From positions 3,776,001-3,840,000 of the forward strand of contig OZ253580.1 in NCBI GenBank assembly GCA_965263035.1: DNA of 64,000 nt, given 5' to 3'. Positions 17,795 through 29,623 of the stretch are shown here, one piece after another; position 1 is the stretch's first letter, and every line of letters begins with the position of its first letter. This DNA is from Acidobacteriota bacterium. GTDB lineage: Bacteria > Acidobacteriota > UBA6911 > RPQK01 > JAJDTT01. A program made the position numbers and the translations under genes. The notes under the pieces were generated by a model, which worked only from the letters and a program-made list of their open reading frames with translations, ran no database searches and was not told the origin of the DNA.

Positions 17795-18931
17795 ATGATG
17801 AGCCTGACGATTCTGGGGGGAGGGAACACCGCTTTTGCCGCCGCCGCCAACTTGAGCCTGCGCGGCTTCCAGGTGACGATCTGCGAGCATCCCGACTTTG
17901 CCCACACCCTCGACCCGGTCCGAGCGGAGGGTGGGATCCTGCTGGACGGTGTGTCGGCTCGCGGCCGAGCCCCCATACACGCTCTGACCACCGATTTCCA
18001 GGAGGGTCTGCGAAACGACCTGCTCCTGCTCATCGTTCCCGCGTATGCCCACCGTCCCTTCGCCCTGGCCTGCTCCCCCTACCTGAGAGAGGGCCATACC
18101 CTGGTTCTGCTTCCGGGAACACTGGGGACGCTGGAGTTCCATACCCTGTTGCGGGAGGGAGGCAGGGATCTGTCCCGGATCACGCTGGCCGAGACCGACA
18201 CGGCTCCCTACGTCTGCCGGAAGTTGACACCCGACTCGGCCCACATCTGGGGGGTCGTCTCCTCGTTGGGTCTCGGGGTCCTGCCGGCGTCGGAGACGGT
18301 TCGGACCAGGGACCTGTTGCGGTCCATCTTCACCGTTGACGGTCTGGGTGATCCGAACGGAGAAGATAACTCCGCCGTCTCCTGCTACGGCAACGTCCTG
18401 GAGTGCGGCCTCAGCGCCATGAACCCCGTAGTCCACCCTCCCGGTGTTCTCATGAACGCCGGCCGGGTGGAGTATTCCAGAGGAGATTTCTACTTCTACG
18501 AAGAGGGAGTCACGCCGGGGGTGTGCAATGCCATTTACGGCGTCGACCGGGAGCGCCGTCAGGTGGGCCGGGCACTCGGATTCGAGCTGTCGGTCGTGGA
18601 GGAGGCCTTTTTCTCCGCCGGGTTCGGTCCCAAGGGCGATCTCTGGAGCACTATCAACGGCAGCCGCATGCTGACCCAGCTGAGGGCGCCGGGCGAGCTG
18701 GGCAGCCGCTGGTTGACCGAAGACGTGCCCTATGGACTGGGAGCGTGGGGCTCGCTGGGCCGCCACTTGGGTGTAGCGACCCCGCTCATGGATGGTCTGG
18801 TGGCGCTCGCATCCGCGGCGCTGGGAGAGGACTTCAGGGCCTCCAGCCGGACCGTCGAGCGGCTGGGAATTGCCGAAATGGGACGGGACCCCTTGCTTCG
18901 CTTCGTGGAAACCGGGGAGATGCCGGCATGA
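17795..18931 (+). CDS. NAD/NADP octopine/nopaline (opine) dehydrogenase family
   Basis: ILGGGN Rossmann, ETDTAPY-CR, NPVVHP, FYEEG, DRER, RWLTEDVPYGL. Confidence 0.85.
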   Translation: MMSLTILGGGNTAFAAAANLSLRGFQVTICEHPDFAHTLDPVRAEGGILLDGVSARGRAPIHALTTDFQEGLRNDLLLLIVPAYAHRPFALACSPYLREGHTLVLLPGTLGTLEFHTLLREGGRDLSRITLAETDTAPYVCRKLTPDSAHIWGVVSSLGLGVLPASETVRTRDLLRSIFTVDGLGDPNGEDNSAVSCYGNVLECGLSAMNPVVHPPGVLMNAGRVEYSRGDFYFYEEGVTPGVCNAIYGVDRERRQVGRALGFELSVVEEAFFSAGFGPKGDLWSTINGSRMLTQLRAPGELGSRWLTEDVPYGLGAWGSLGRHLGVATPLMDGLVALASAALGEDFRASSRTVERLGIAEMGRDPLLRFVETGEMPA

Positions 18932-19974
18932 GAGCGTGCCGGATCGCCGAGGCCAGCATCGGCGGGATCGAGAGCCTGGTCCTGGAGAACGAGCACCTGG
19001 AGGTATCCGTCCTGGTGGGGAAGGGGACGGACATCTTCTCCTTCCGCCACCGGGCCAGCGGCACGGACTTTCTCTGGAAGGCCCCTTGGGGAGTGAGAGA
19101 TCCCGCCACCACCATCCAGGACACCGCCAATTCGGCTGCTTCCTTCCTCGATTACTATTTCGGGGGCTGGCAGGAGCTTTTTCCCAACGCGGGAGCCGGC
19201 TGCACCTATCGGGGAGCCGAGTTGGGGGTTCACGGTGAAGCCTGCAAGGTGCCCTGGTCCTGGCAGATCAAGGAAGAGACCTCCCGCAGGATTTCGGTCC
19301 GCTTCCGGGCCCGCATGGTGCGGACGCCGTTCCTGCTGGAAAAGCAGCTGACTCTGGAAGCCGGCCGGGCCACGCTCCTGATCGAGGAGTCGGTCACCAA
19401 CGAGGGTGCGGACGCGGTCGATTTCATCTGGGGCCACCATCCGGCCCTGGGGGCGCCGTTCCTGAGCGGCAACTGCCGCCTGTATGCCCCGGCCCGGGTC
19501 GTGGAGACGGATGACTCCAACCTTTTCCTGGCTCCCCAACGGCGTTTCGAGTCCTATCCCATGATCGAGACGGCGGATGGGGACCCCTTCGACATCTCCC
19601 GGATTCCGCCCCCGTCGGCGCGGGTCACCATGCAAAGCTTTCTGCGGGAGTTGGCGGAGGGTTGGTACGCCCTGGTCAATCAGGAGACCGGACTCGGGTT
19701 CGCCATGTCCTGGGACCTGGAGGTATTTCCCTATCTCTGGCTCTGGGAGGAACTGTGCGGATCCGCGGACTATCCGTGGTGGGGGCGATGTTACGTGGCC
19801 GGAATCGAGCCCAACAGCACGCCGACGGGCGGGGGTCTGGCCCAGGCCGTGGAGAACGGGACCCAACACCGGTTGCCGCCGGGGAAGTCTCTCCACTCAG
19901 TTCTACGCGCGACGGCATTCGTGACCCAGGGAGAACCGCGGCGCGTCGACCCCGAAGGCCGGATCGAGTATTGA
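18928..19974 (+). CDS. Aldose 1-epimerase-like / DUF4432-like protein
   Basis: LENEHL, GKGTDI, GGWQELFP, HGE, WGHHP, GIEP; ATGA overlap with opine dehydrogenase. Confidence 0.75.
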   Translation: MRACRIAEASIGGIESLVLENEHLEVSVLVGKGTDIFSFRHRASGTDFLWKAPWGVRDPATTIQDTANSAASFLDYYFGGWQELFPNAGAGCTYRGAELGVHGEACKVPWSWQIKEETSRRISVRFRARMVRTPFLLEKQLTLEAGRATLLIEESVTNEGADAVDFIWGHHPALGAPFLSGNCRLYAPARVVETDDSNLFLAPQRRFESYPMIETADGDPFDISRIPPPSARVTMQSFLRELAEGWYALVNQETGLGFAMSWDLEVFPYLWLWEELCGSADYPWWGRCYVAGIEPNSTPTGGGLAQAVENGTQHRLPPGKSLHSVLRATAFVTQGEPRRVDPEGRIEY

Positions 19975-20038
19975 TCCGGAGGTCGCCGCCATACATCACC
20001 TGCACGCCCGGCTTCGAGGCGCATTTAGGGAGGATCTA

Positions 20039-21565
20039 ATGCAGAAAAGAATCTGGCTTTCCATGCTGGCGGGCATGTTCTTGTTTCTGACCTGCTCGAC
20101 CGAGGTTTCAGGCAGCGAAATTCGACACCTCGGCGGCCGGCTGCAACTGTTTCTGGATGACTGGCTCGTCGACTCCAGCGACAACATCCGCTGGGTACTC
20201 CACAGTCCTGAGCGCCGCGAGGCGGCGATTCGCGTCGACCGTCCCTGGGAAGACATTTACATGTACAACCCGGTGGTCATCAAGGACGGTCAGCGCTACC
20301 GCATGTGGTATCGGGCCAAATACTTGGAGAGGCCCTTCCTGACGGCTTACGCTGAGAGCCTGGACGGCATCCACTGGGTCAAGCCCAGTCTGGGCCTTAT
20401 CGAATTCGAGGGCTCCCGGGACAACAACATCATCTGGCCCATTCCCGGGGCGGACGGGAGGTCGTTCTCCGTCTTCAAGGACGAGAATCCCGATGCGCGG
20501 GCCGACGCGCGCTACAAGGCCATTACCAATCTGAACGAGATCACCGCGTCGGGGAAGCGGCGGGCGGTGATCTACGGACTCGCTTCTCCCGACGGCTTGC
20601 GCTGGCGGCATCTCCGAAAGGAGGCGATGGTAAAGGCCCTGGTGGAGGACCCCCAGTTCGATTCCCACAACATCGTCCTCTGGGACTCGGTCCGCCGGCA
20701 CTACGCCATCTATGCCCGGGGCTGGTACCGGAAAGGTTTGCCTCCTCCGGGTTCGGAGCGGGTGGGCCGCACCGTGGACACCGTGACCATGAAACTCCCC
20801 GGGGGAGAGACCCGGGAGCTGACCCACATCCGGGACATCCGCCGCTACGTCTCCAAAGACTATGCGAATTGGGCCCCGCAGGAGTACATCGGATTGGGCG
20901 AATCGCCGTTGGAGCACCTCTACAAGAACTCGGCGACTTCTTACTATCGGGACCCGGGCCTTATTTTCATGTTCCCGAAGCGGTTCCTTCCCACCCGAAA
21001 GGCCGATCCGGAGTGGGGGCACGTCGGTCTTTCCGACATCGTCTTCATGTTCAGCCGGGATGGTCTCAACTTCGACCGCCGTTACCTGGAAGCCTTCCTC
21101 CGGCCGGGCCGGAACCCGTTGGCCTGGCACGAACGTTCGATCCACGTGGGCACCGGCCTGGTCCCCACCGGAGAACGGGAGATGTCACTCTACTTCATCG
21201 AGCATGGCAAGACCGCTCAGATGGCCATTCGGCGGGGAGTGTTGAGGGTCGACGGCCTGGTCTCGTTGCGGGCGCCCTACTCGGAGGGAACGGTCCTGAC
21301 CCGTCCCCTGACCTTCTCCGGTTCCCGCCTGGTGCTCAACTACTCCACCTCGGCCGCCGGACGAGTCCGGGTGGAGGTCCAGGACGAATCGGGGGAGCCC
21401 TTGCCCGGATTCGGGTTGGAGGACTGTCCCGAGATCTACGGGGATGAGATCGAGCGGGTCGTCTCCTGGCGGACGGGCTCCGACCTGACCTCCTGGGCGG
21501 GGCGGACCGTGCGTCTCAAGATCGAGATGAAGGACGCCGACCTCTACTCCCTCCGGTTCCGGTAG
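20039..21565 (+). CDS. Secreted glycoside-hydrolase-like beta-propeller protein (paralog 1)
   Basis: Signal peptide; QLFLDD, YRMWY, AESLDGIHWVKP, SPDGLRW, SRDG Asp-box-like repeats; C-terminal DADLYSLRF. Confidence 0.75.
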   Translation: MQKRIWLSMLAGMFLFLTCSTEVSGSEIRHLGGRLQLFLDDWLVDSSDNIRWVLHSPERREAAIRVDRPWEDIYMYNPVVIKDGQRYRMWYRAKYLERPFLTAYAESLDGIHWVKPSLGLIEFEGSRDNNIIWPIPGADGRSFSVFKDENPDARADARYKAITNLNEITASGKRRAVIYGLASPDGLRWRHLRKEAMVKALVEDPQFDSHNIVLWDSVRRHYAIYARGWYRKGLPPPGSERVGRTVDTVTMKLPGGETRELTHIRDIRRYVSKDYANWAPQEYIGLGESPLEHLYKNSATSYYRDPGLIFMFPKRFLPTRKADPEWGHVGLSDIVFMFSRDGLNFDRRYLEAFLRPGRNPLAWHERSIHVGTGLVPTGEREMSLYFIEHGKTAQMAIRRGVLRVDGLVSLRAPYSEGTVLTRPLTFSGSRLVLNYSTSAAGRVRVEVQDESGEPLPGFGLEDCPEIYGDEIERVVSWRTGSDLTSWAGRTVRLKIEMKDADLYSLRFR

Positions 21566-21581
21566 GCGCAAGGAGTCCTGA

Positions 21582-23237
21582 ATGAATGCAGTGACGCGAT
21601 TCCACAGCCGAATTCGGGCCGGAACCCAGGTGGCCGGCTTCGGGAGTTCCTGGGGGAGAAGGACCTTCTTGAAGGCCGCCAGCCTCGGGATCTTCGGCGT
21701 TGCTCACGAACATCTGCGGGCCCAGGTTCGTGGCCATGAAGGCCCGGCCTGGTATCCGCTGGAGGATCTCTACCGTCGCATCCGGCGATTGGGCCGTGAG
21801 CATGGAGACTTTCTGAAGCTGGAGGATCTGGGCAGAAGCGTTCAGGGACGTCCCCTGATCGCGGTCCGTCTGAGCGACTGGTCGATCCCGGACGAGCACA
21901 AGGAGCACGTGCTCCTCACGACGCTCCACTCGGGCGGGGAACGGATCGGCCCCAGCGCCACGCTGGACCTGGTGGAGTGGCTGCTCTCCGGGCATCCCCG
22001 GGCCCGGCGGATTCTCGCCCGCCAGCAGGTCGTGTGCGTCCCCATCGTCAACCCGGACGGGTATGTGGCCGGCAGCTTCCACAATGCCCACGACCTGGAC
22101 CCCTACAACAGCTGGACTCTGGAGGGTCCGGTGCAACCGGAGAAACATCCTGAGGCCCGTGCCGTCAAGCATCTCATGGATGAACTGCAGCCCGAGGTGC
22201 ACGGAGACCTGCACGGCTCCTTCCTCGAGTTCTACGGATCCATCCACGCCGATACGGCGGCCGCCTACTCCAACGTCTCCCTGCGGCCGTATCATCACGA
22301 GATCATGCGTCTCATGAACGAGGCGGCTCTGGAGGAGGGTTACCCTGCCGATTGGCTGGAGGAAGATTCGGAACGCATGTTCTGGGGCCCCGATCTGGAC
22401 CGGATGCGGGAAAAGACATGGAAGGGCAGGCCCCGGGTCTATGCCGCCACGTATTGCTACAACCGCTACCACTCGCTGGTCACGGCCAACGAGAATGCGT
22501 GGGAACGAAGCGCGCTGCTCCGCTATCGCCGGTTGCTCGAAGTGGGGAACGAGGTCTGGCCCGGAGAGTATTACCCGGGGTACCCGACCCGGGTGATGAT
22601 GGGAAACGACCTGCATCGCCTGACCGCCTATGGAACCACGGCGGGAGCCCGCCGCAGGAGCCGGGTGGAGCTGTGGAACAAGCTGCGTCAGCTCAGCTTC
22701 GGCTTCGACTGGCCGGAGGTCGAGGGCATGGCTCTTTGCGCCTGTGCCACCTCTCGGGAAGCGGCCCGCAAGTGGTTGGGGGACAACACCCTCCTGGACA
22801 TGCTCTCTCGAATCGAACGTCATCCGGGGATGAACCTGGAGCCCATCCGGCAACTGGTCCATCGTCATCCCCTGGACGACGGCAAGCGCCCGGCGCGCTT
22901 TCTGGTGGAGGGGGGAGGCGCCAAGTTCTACCGGCAGGACTCCGGAACCGACCGTCTGGAGGCGGAGGAGAGCGGTCCCGTCCGTCACGGGATCTGCGTG
23001 CGGCTGCGAATCCCGTACCAGAACGCCCGCATCCTCGACCTCAGGCTCAACGGGCACGTCGTCGACCCGTCGGAATCAGATGGGTTCGTCAGTTGGGTGG
23101 CTCGGGGCTACACCCATGTCCAGATCGCCATCCCTCCCCGCACGACACGATCGGAGGAGGTCTTCCTGGTGACCTGCGAGTACGATCCCCGCGAGAGGCG
23201 GCGGCAGGGCAAGGTGCGATGGATCCCGAAAAAGTAA
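21582..23237 (+). CDS. Tat-exported M14 zinc carboxypeptidase-like protein
   Basis: GRRTFLK; LGRSVQGRPL, HSGGE, PIVNPDG, DLHG. Confidence 0.75.
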   Translation: MNAVTRFHSRIRAGTQVAGFGSSWGRRTFLKAASLGIFGVAHEHLRAQVRGHEGPAWYPLEDLYRRIRRLGREHGDFLKLEDLGRSVQGRPLIAVRLSDWSIPDEHKEHVLLTTLHSGGERIGPSATLDLVEWLLSGHPRARRILARQQVVCVPIVNPDGYVAGSFHNAHDLDPYNSWTLEGPVQPEKHPEARAVKHLMDELQPEVHGDLHGSFLEFYGSIHADTAAAYSNVSLRPYHHEIMRLMNEAALEEGYPADWLEEDSERMFWGPDLDRMREKTWKGRPRVYAATYCYNRYHSLVTANENAWERSALLRYRRLLEVGNEVWPGEYYPGYPTRVMMGNDLHRLTAYGTTAGARRRSRVELWNKLRQLSFGFDWPEVEGMALCACATSREAARKWLGDNTLLDMLSRIERHPGMNLEPIRQLVHRHPLDDGKRPARFLVEGGGAKFYRQDSGTDRLEAEESGPVRHGICVRLRIPYQNARILDLRLNGHVVDPSESDGFVSWVARGYTHVQIAIPPRTTRSEEVFLVTCEYDPRERRRQGKVRWIPKK

Positions 23238-23247
23238 GGGTGGAATC

Positions 23248-24459
23248 GTGGTAGAGAGGGCGTCCAAGAACAACATCATCAGCTTCCTCTTCGAAAACTC
23301 GGTCTTCCTGATCGCCGGGGCATTTGGCGCCCTGTTGTGGGCCAATCTGGAGCACGGCTCCTACGAACATCTGATCCACTTGAAGCTTCTGGAGGACACG
23401 CTGTTCGGATCGCTGCAATCCGACGGCACGAAAGCCCTCGACCTCCACTACCTGGTCAACGACGTGCTGATGGCGTTCTTCTTCGCCATCGCCGGCAAGG
23501 AGGTCTGGGAAGCCACGCTTCCGGGCGGGCCGCTCAGCAGTCCCAAGCGAGCCGCCGTTCCCCTCGTCGCAGCCGTGGGCGGGATGGTGGCCCCCGCCGT
23601 CCTCTACCTGCTGGGAGCGGCTCTGATCGGGCGCTTCGACGAGCTGGCCAACGGCTGGGCCATTCCCTGCGCCACGGACATCGCCTTCAGCTACATGGTG
23701 GCCCGGATCGTCTTCGGCGCCGGCCATCCCGCGATTCCTTTCCTGTTGCTGCTGGCGATTGCCGACGACGCCATGGGCCTGCTGATTCTTGCGGCCTTCT
23801 ACCCGCAGGGAGAAGTGCAGATGCTCTGGATGATCCTGGCCATGGTCGGTGTGGGCGTCGCCTTCCTGTTTCAGCGCATGGGCCTCCGCAGCTTCTGGTG
23901 GTATCTGGCCGTTCCCGGCACCCTCTCGTGGATCGGGTTTGCGATGGCAGGCCTGCATCCGGCTCTGGGCCTGCTGCCCGTCATTCCCGCCATGCCTCAC
24001 CAACAGTCCGACAAGGGCCTCTTCGATTGGAAGGAGTTGGAGGCGACGGACACACTGAACGAGTTCGAGCATTGGTGGCAGAAACCGGTGGAGTTGATCC
24101 TGATGCTCTTCGGCCTCTTCAACGCCGGCGTATTGCTCAGCGCAGTGGATTCCCCCACCTTCCTGGTCCTGATCGGACTCCTGGCGGGAAAGCCGGTGGG
24201 CATCTGGTCCGGAGCCATGCTGGCCGCCAGAGGGTTTCGGTTGGGACTCCCCGAGGGGATCGGCTCCCGGGCCCTGGTGGTTGTGGGATTTGCTGCCGCG
24301 ATCGGGTTCACGGTGGCGCTTTTCGTGACGACCGTGGCATTTCCGGTGGGACAGATCCAGGACGCCGCCAAAATGGGTGCGCTGGGTTCTTTCGTCGCGG
24401 CCCTTCTCACATTTATCGTGGCCCGGGCCACGGGCATCAAACCAAAGACCGTGAAGTAG
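23248..24459 (+). CDS. nhaA: Na+/H+ antiporter NhaA
   Basis: NDVLMAFFF, GWAIPCATDIAF, LAIADD, GKPVG, IGFTVALF. Confidence 0.92.
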   Translation: MVERASKNNIISFLFENSVFLIAGAFGALLWANLEHGSYEHLIHLKLLEDTLFGSLQSDGTKALDLHYLVNDVLMAFFFAIAGKEVWEATLPGGPLSSPKRAAVPLVAAVGGMVAPAVLYLLGAALIGRFDELANGWAIPCATDIAFSYMVARIVFGAGHPAIPFLLLLAIADDAMGLLILAAFYPQGEVQMLWMILAMVGVGVAFLFQRMGLRSFWWYLAVPGTLSWIGFAMAGLHPALGLLPVIPAMPHQQSDKGLFDWKELEATDTLNEFEHWWQKPVELILMLFGLFNAGVLLSAVDSPTFLVLIGLLAGKPVGIWSGAMLAARGFRLGLPEGIGSRALVVVGFAAAIGFTVALFVTTVAFPVGQIQDAAKMGALGSFVAALLTFIVARATGIKPKTVK

Positions 24460-24481
24460 AAGTCGTTCCGCGGCTTTCGGC

Positions 24482-25945
<1,464 letters not shown>

Positions 25946-25950
25946 GCTCC

Positions 25951-28900
25951 TCACTCCCGAGTAATGGTTTCGTCCAGATTCAGAATGCTGCCGGTCACGG
26001 TGGTCCACGCGGCCAGCTCCACCGGGTCCAGGCTCTGGTCGTAGGCAGAATCGCCCACCTCGATCAGACGCCGCGCCGCCTCCGGATCCGACCTGTAGTA
26101 GCCTCGCTGCTGCTGGAGGATCCGGCCCAGGATCGGAGTCTCCCGAGAGTCGGGCACCCGTCCCGTAGCCAGACGGAAGGCCAAGCGGATCCGAGCCTCC
26201 GTGTCCGAAGCCGTTCCTTTCAGTGCACGTTGGGCCAGGGATCGGGCCGCCTCCACGTAAGTCGGGTCGTTCAGCAGGATCAGCGCCTGCAGCGGAGTGT
26301 TGGTCCGCGGCCGCCGCATGGTGCAGGTTTCCCGGTCGGGTGCGTCGAATGCCATCAATGTCGGCGGAGGAATCGTCCGCTTCCAGAAGGTGTAGAGGCC
26401 ACGGCGGTAGAGGTCCGAGCCCTCTCCTTGAACGTATTCCTGAGCCGTGTACTTCTCGCCGTAAGCCATTTCCTTCCACAATCCGGGTGGCTGGTAGGGA
26501 AAGACGCTGGGCCCGCCGATCGTGTTCATCAGAAGACCGCTGGCCCGCAGGGCGTTGTCACGAACCAGCTCGGCCGGCAGCCGGAACCGGGAGGCTCGCG
26601 CCAGCAGCCGGTTTTCCGGGTCCCTCTCCAACAGCTCCGGTGTGACGCGGGAACTCTGGCGGTAGGTGGCGGACGTGACCAGGAGCCTCTGCAGACCCTT
26701 CACCTCCCAGCCCGAGGCCACGAACCCGGTGGACAGCCAGTCCAGAAGTTCGGGGTGACTGGGTTGGTCTCCCTGGGAGCCGAAGTTCTCCGCCGACTTG
26801 ACGAAGCCGGTGCCGAAATACATCTGCCAGAATCGGTTCACCGTGACCCGGGCCGTCAACGGGTGGTCCGGGTCGACCAGCCATCGGGCCAGGCCCAGAC
26901 GGTTCGGAGAAGCATCTTGCGGCAACGGCGGCAGCGCCGCCGGAACTCCCGGTTCCACCGTCTCCCCTCGATTGCGGTAGTCTCCCCGATCCAGGACGAC
27001 CGTGTCCCGCGGTTCCCCCATCTCCTCCATCACCATGATGGTGGGAACGGCTGCCTGTAACTCCTGTTCTTCCCGGCGAAGGTCCTCCTGTTCCCGGTGC
27101 AGTTCCCGATAGAGGGCAGGTGCATCTTGCTCCAGGTAGAATCGGAACAGATCCTCCTGCTTCTGTTCGGTCCTCTCCTCCTCCCGCTCGAGCAGGATGG
27201 CTCGAATGGGATGGTAGACGGCCAATTGCTCCACTTCGTTCGCTGGCAGGTTCCGATCGTAGATGCGCACCTCGTCCATCTGGCCGTCGAACATCCCCTT
27301 GGCGTGGCGCCGGCCCAGAAGCAGCGGCCGCTCGGTCCTGATGGAGCCGGTCAGGCTGTCGTGCAGGACCTCGACTTCCTGACGCCTCCCGTCCAGGTAG
27401 AGGGCCACGCCGGAGGCTCTGCCGGAACCGTCGTAGGTGAGGGCCAGGTGATGCCATTCGTTCAAGGAAACAGGGGCAAGCGTCCGAACCTTGATGGCGT
27501 TGTCCGGCCAGGCATGAACCAGGTGCGCCATGAGCAGGGGACCGCTGTACTTGGGACCGTCATGCTCCTTGAAGTCGCCCACGAAAAGGTCATAGCCGCG
27601 AAGCCCCTCCACATCGTCCATGCGGGCGACGACGGCTTGGTCCCCCTCGTTCCTGAGACGGACCCAGGCCAGCAGAGAGAAGGAGTCGGTCCGGTCAAAC
27701 TCAGCCAAGTCGCCGAGGTCCACATGGGTCCGGATGGTGAATTTGAAAGCGCCTTCGACTTTACCCTCGGTCGGCACCAGTTCCTCGCCTCTGGGTTTCC
27801 CGTGACGATAGTGGCCACTGGTGTCCGAGGTGTGGTGATCCAATTCGTAGTGGGCCAGGAGGCCCTGGCGTGGACTCTCGGGGAGCTCGGCCAGTGTGGG
27901 CGCCTCCCACTCCCGTACCAAGGACTCCAAGCGACTCTCCGGCATCTGGGTCTCGATGGCTTCCAACCTTTCCCGTAACTTCTGCAGGCGCGTCGCCTGA
28001 TCCGGATAGGGTAATTGCATGACCGGAGCCGCGTTGCCTTTTCGGCCGTCCAGGCCCTTTTCGGGGATGGTGTTGAAGAACGCCGAAAAGCGGTAGAATT
28101 CCCGCTGCCGAATCGGGTCGTATTTGTGGTCGTGGCAGCGGGCGCACCCCATGGTCAGGCCCATCCAGACCGTCGACGTGGTGTTGACCCGGTCGACCAC
28201 GTACTCCAGCTGGTACTCCTCGGGAATGGCGCCGCCCTCGAAATTGATCATGTGGTTGCGGTTGAATCCGGTGGCCAGCTTCTGACGGACCGTGGCGCCG
28301 GGGAGAAGGTCGCCCGCCAGCTGCTCGATGGTGAACTCGTCGAAGGGCTGGTTCCGATTGAAGGAATCGATGACCCAGTCCCGCCAGAGCCACATGTCCC
28401 GATGGCTGTCGATGTGGTAGCCGTGGGTGTCGGCATAGCGGCTGGCGTCGAGCCACTCCAAGGCCATCCGCTCGCCGTAGTGCCCGGAGGAGAGGAGCCG
28501 TTCCACCACTCTTTCATAGGCCCCAGGGCTCCGGTCCGCCAGGAAGGCGTCCACCTCTTCCGGCGTGGGGGGCAGTCCGGTCAGGTCCAGGGTCAATCTA
28601 CGGATCAGGGTGACGCGGTCGGCTTCGGGAGACGGTTCAAGCCCCTCGCTTTCGAGGCGGGCCAGGATGAATCGGTCGACGGGGTTGCGGACCCAGGAGA
28701 CGCGGTTCACCTGGGGGAGGGCCGGCCGGCGAGGTTTGACGAAGGCCCAATGGTCCTGGGCCTCGGCGCCTTCGGTGATCCAGCGCCGGATGAGGTCGAT
28801 CTGATTCTGGTTCAGCTTCCGGTCGAATCCGGGTGGCGGCATCCGCGCCGCCTCGTGCTCCGCCGATATTCTCTGGTACAGGCGGCTCGATTCAGGGTCT

Positions 28901-29175
28901 CCCGGAGTGACGATCTTGTAGCCGTCCCGATCCTGGAACAGTCCCTCCTCCGAGTCCAGGTGCAGACCCGCCTGCCTCACCTTTTCGTCCGGGCCGTGAC
29001 AGGCGAAACAGTGGTCCGAGAGGATGGGGCGTATCTGGCGGCTGTAGTCTACGGCGCCGGCCGCCGCCTCGGCTTGAGCCGGTGACGGAACGGCACCGGA
29101 AGCCATCAACCCGACCAGAACCGCCGCCCTGGCCGTCAGTTCCGCAATGCTCTTCTTGCCGTCTGTTCGAATCAT
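25951..29175 (-). CDS. Planctomycete cytochrome C (PSCyt1)-DUF1549-LamG-DUF1553 protein
   Basis: CFACH, CARCHDH, YGERMA-WLD-RYAD, inserted LamG ([16 protein letters not shown]), [18 protein letters not shown]. Confidence 0.9.
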   Translation of the reverse strand: MIRTDGKKSIAELTARAAVLVGLMASGAVPSPAQAEAAAGAVDYSRQIRPILSDHCFACHGPDEKVRQAGLHLDSEEGLFQDRDGYKIVTPGDPESSRLYQRISAEHEAARMPPPGFDRKLNQNQIDLIRRWITEGAEAQDHWAFVKPRRPALPQVNRVSWVRNPVDRFILARLESEGLEPSPEADRVTLIRRLTLDLTGLPPTPEEVDAFLADRSPGAYERVVERLLSSGHYGERMALEWLDASRYADTHGYHIDSHRDMWLWRDWVIDSFNRNQPFDEFTIEQLAGDLLPGATVRQKLATGFNRNHMINFEGGAIPEEYQLEYVVDRVNTTSTVWMGLTMGCARCHDHKYDPIRQREFYRFSAFFNTIPEKGLDGRKGNAAPVMQLPYPDQATRLQKLRERLEAIETQMPESRLESLVREWEAPTLAELPESPRQGLLAHYELDHHTSDTSGHYRHGKPRGEELVPTEGKVEGAFKFTIRTHVDLGDLAEFDRTDSFSLLAWVRLRNEGDQAVVARMDDVEGLRGYDLFVGDFKEHDGPKYSGPLLMAHLVHAWPDNAIKVRTLAPVSLNEWHHLALTYDGSGRASGVALYLDGRRQEVEVLHDSLTGSIRTERPLLLGRRHAKGMFDGQMDEVRIYDRNLPANEVEQLAVYHPIRAILLEREEERTEQKQEDLFRFYLEQDAPALYRELHREQEDLRREEQELQAAVPTIMVMEEMGEPRDTVVLDRGDYRNRGETVEPGVPAALPPLPQDASPNRLGLARWLVDPDHPLTARVTVNRFWQMYFGTGFVKSAENFGSQGDQPSHPELLDWLSTGFVASGWEVKGLQRLLVTSATYRQSSRVTPELLERDPENRLLARASRFRLPAELVRDNALRASGLLMNTIGGPSVFPYQPPGLWKEMAYGEKYTAQEYVQGEGSDLYRRGLYTFWKRTIPPPTLMAFDAPDRETCTMRRPRTNTPLQALILLNDPTYVEAARSLAQRALKGTASDTEARIRLAFRLATGRVPDSRETPILGRILQQQRGYYRSDPEAARRLIEVGDSAYDQSLDPVELAAWTTVTGSILNLDETITRE

Positions 29176-29293
29176 GGAGACTCTGACGCCGGTGTCGAAT
29201 CCGTCCGGGCCCGGTCCTGGGAGCGCTCACCAAGGCCGTGCCAAGAGTGTACGCCCGTGGAAGTCTGCCCGGCAACCCGCGGATACACTGAGG

Positions 29294-29337
29294 CTTCAAT
29301 CTATCTTCACGGCTTCTTAAAACGCTCCCCGTACACT
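29294..29337 (+). promoter_or_regulatory. PHO-box-like promoter 1
   Basis: CTTCAA (29294), CTTCAC (29305), CTTAAA (29316) at exact 11-bp period; TACACT -10 begins 10 bp after the last unit. Confidence 0.55.
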
Positions 29338-29341
29338 CCCA

Positions 29342-29456
29342 GCGGTTCTTCTCCCTGTCGAGGGAGGAGGACTGCGCATGGTCGCGTGCGCAAGAACTGA
29401 TTGGCTGGAGGGGTTGCCTGCCCACGGAGCTCCGGCTCGGGTGTGACCCTTTTTTT
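29342..29456 (+). ncRNA. Candidate structured small RNA / leader
   Basis: 15-bp stem with GTCG loop (29342-29375), 8-bp stem with GTCG loop (29373-29392), terminator-like stem plus T7 (29412-29456); begins at the predicted TSS. Confidence 0.45.
29412..29456 (+). terminator. Intrinsic terminator-like hairpin
   Basis: GGTTGC...GTGACC outer stem enclosing CGGAGCTCCG, followed by TTTTTTT. Confidence 0.5.
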
Positions 29457-29534
29457 GGCCATTCCAGGGGAGCAATACTCGCCTGCTCAATCCCAAACGA
29501 CGATGTGGGTGGCAGTTTCTCCGAAGGCCCGAAA

Positions 29535-29590
29535 ATACACAGGGATTTCAAGCCGTCTTAATAATTTCCCTTACCTGTCCAGCCTAGAAT
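29535..29590 (+). promoter_or_regulatory. PHO-box-like promoter 2
   Basis: ATACAC (29535), TTTCAA (29546), CTTAAT (29557) at 11-bp period; TAGAAT at 29585. Confidence 0.4.
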
Positions 29591-29623
29591 CCCGCCTGGA
29601 TTTGGCCCCCAAGAGAGGGACGG

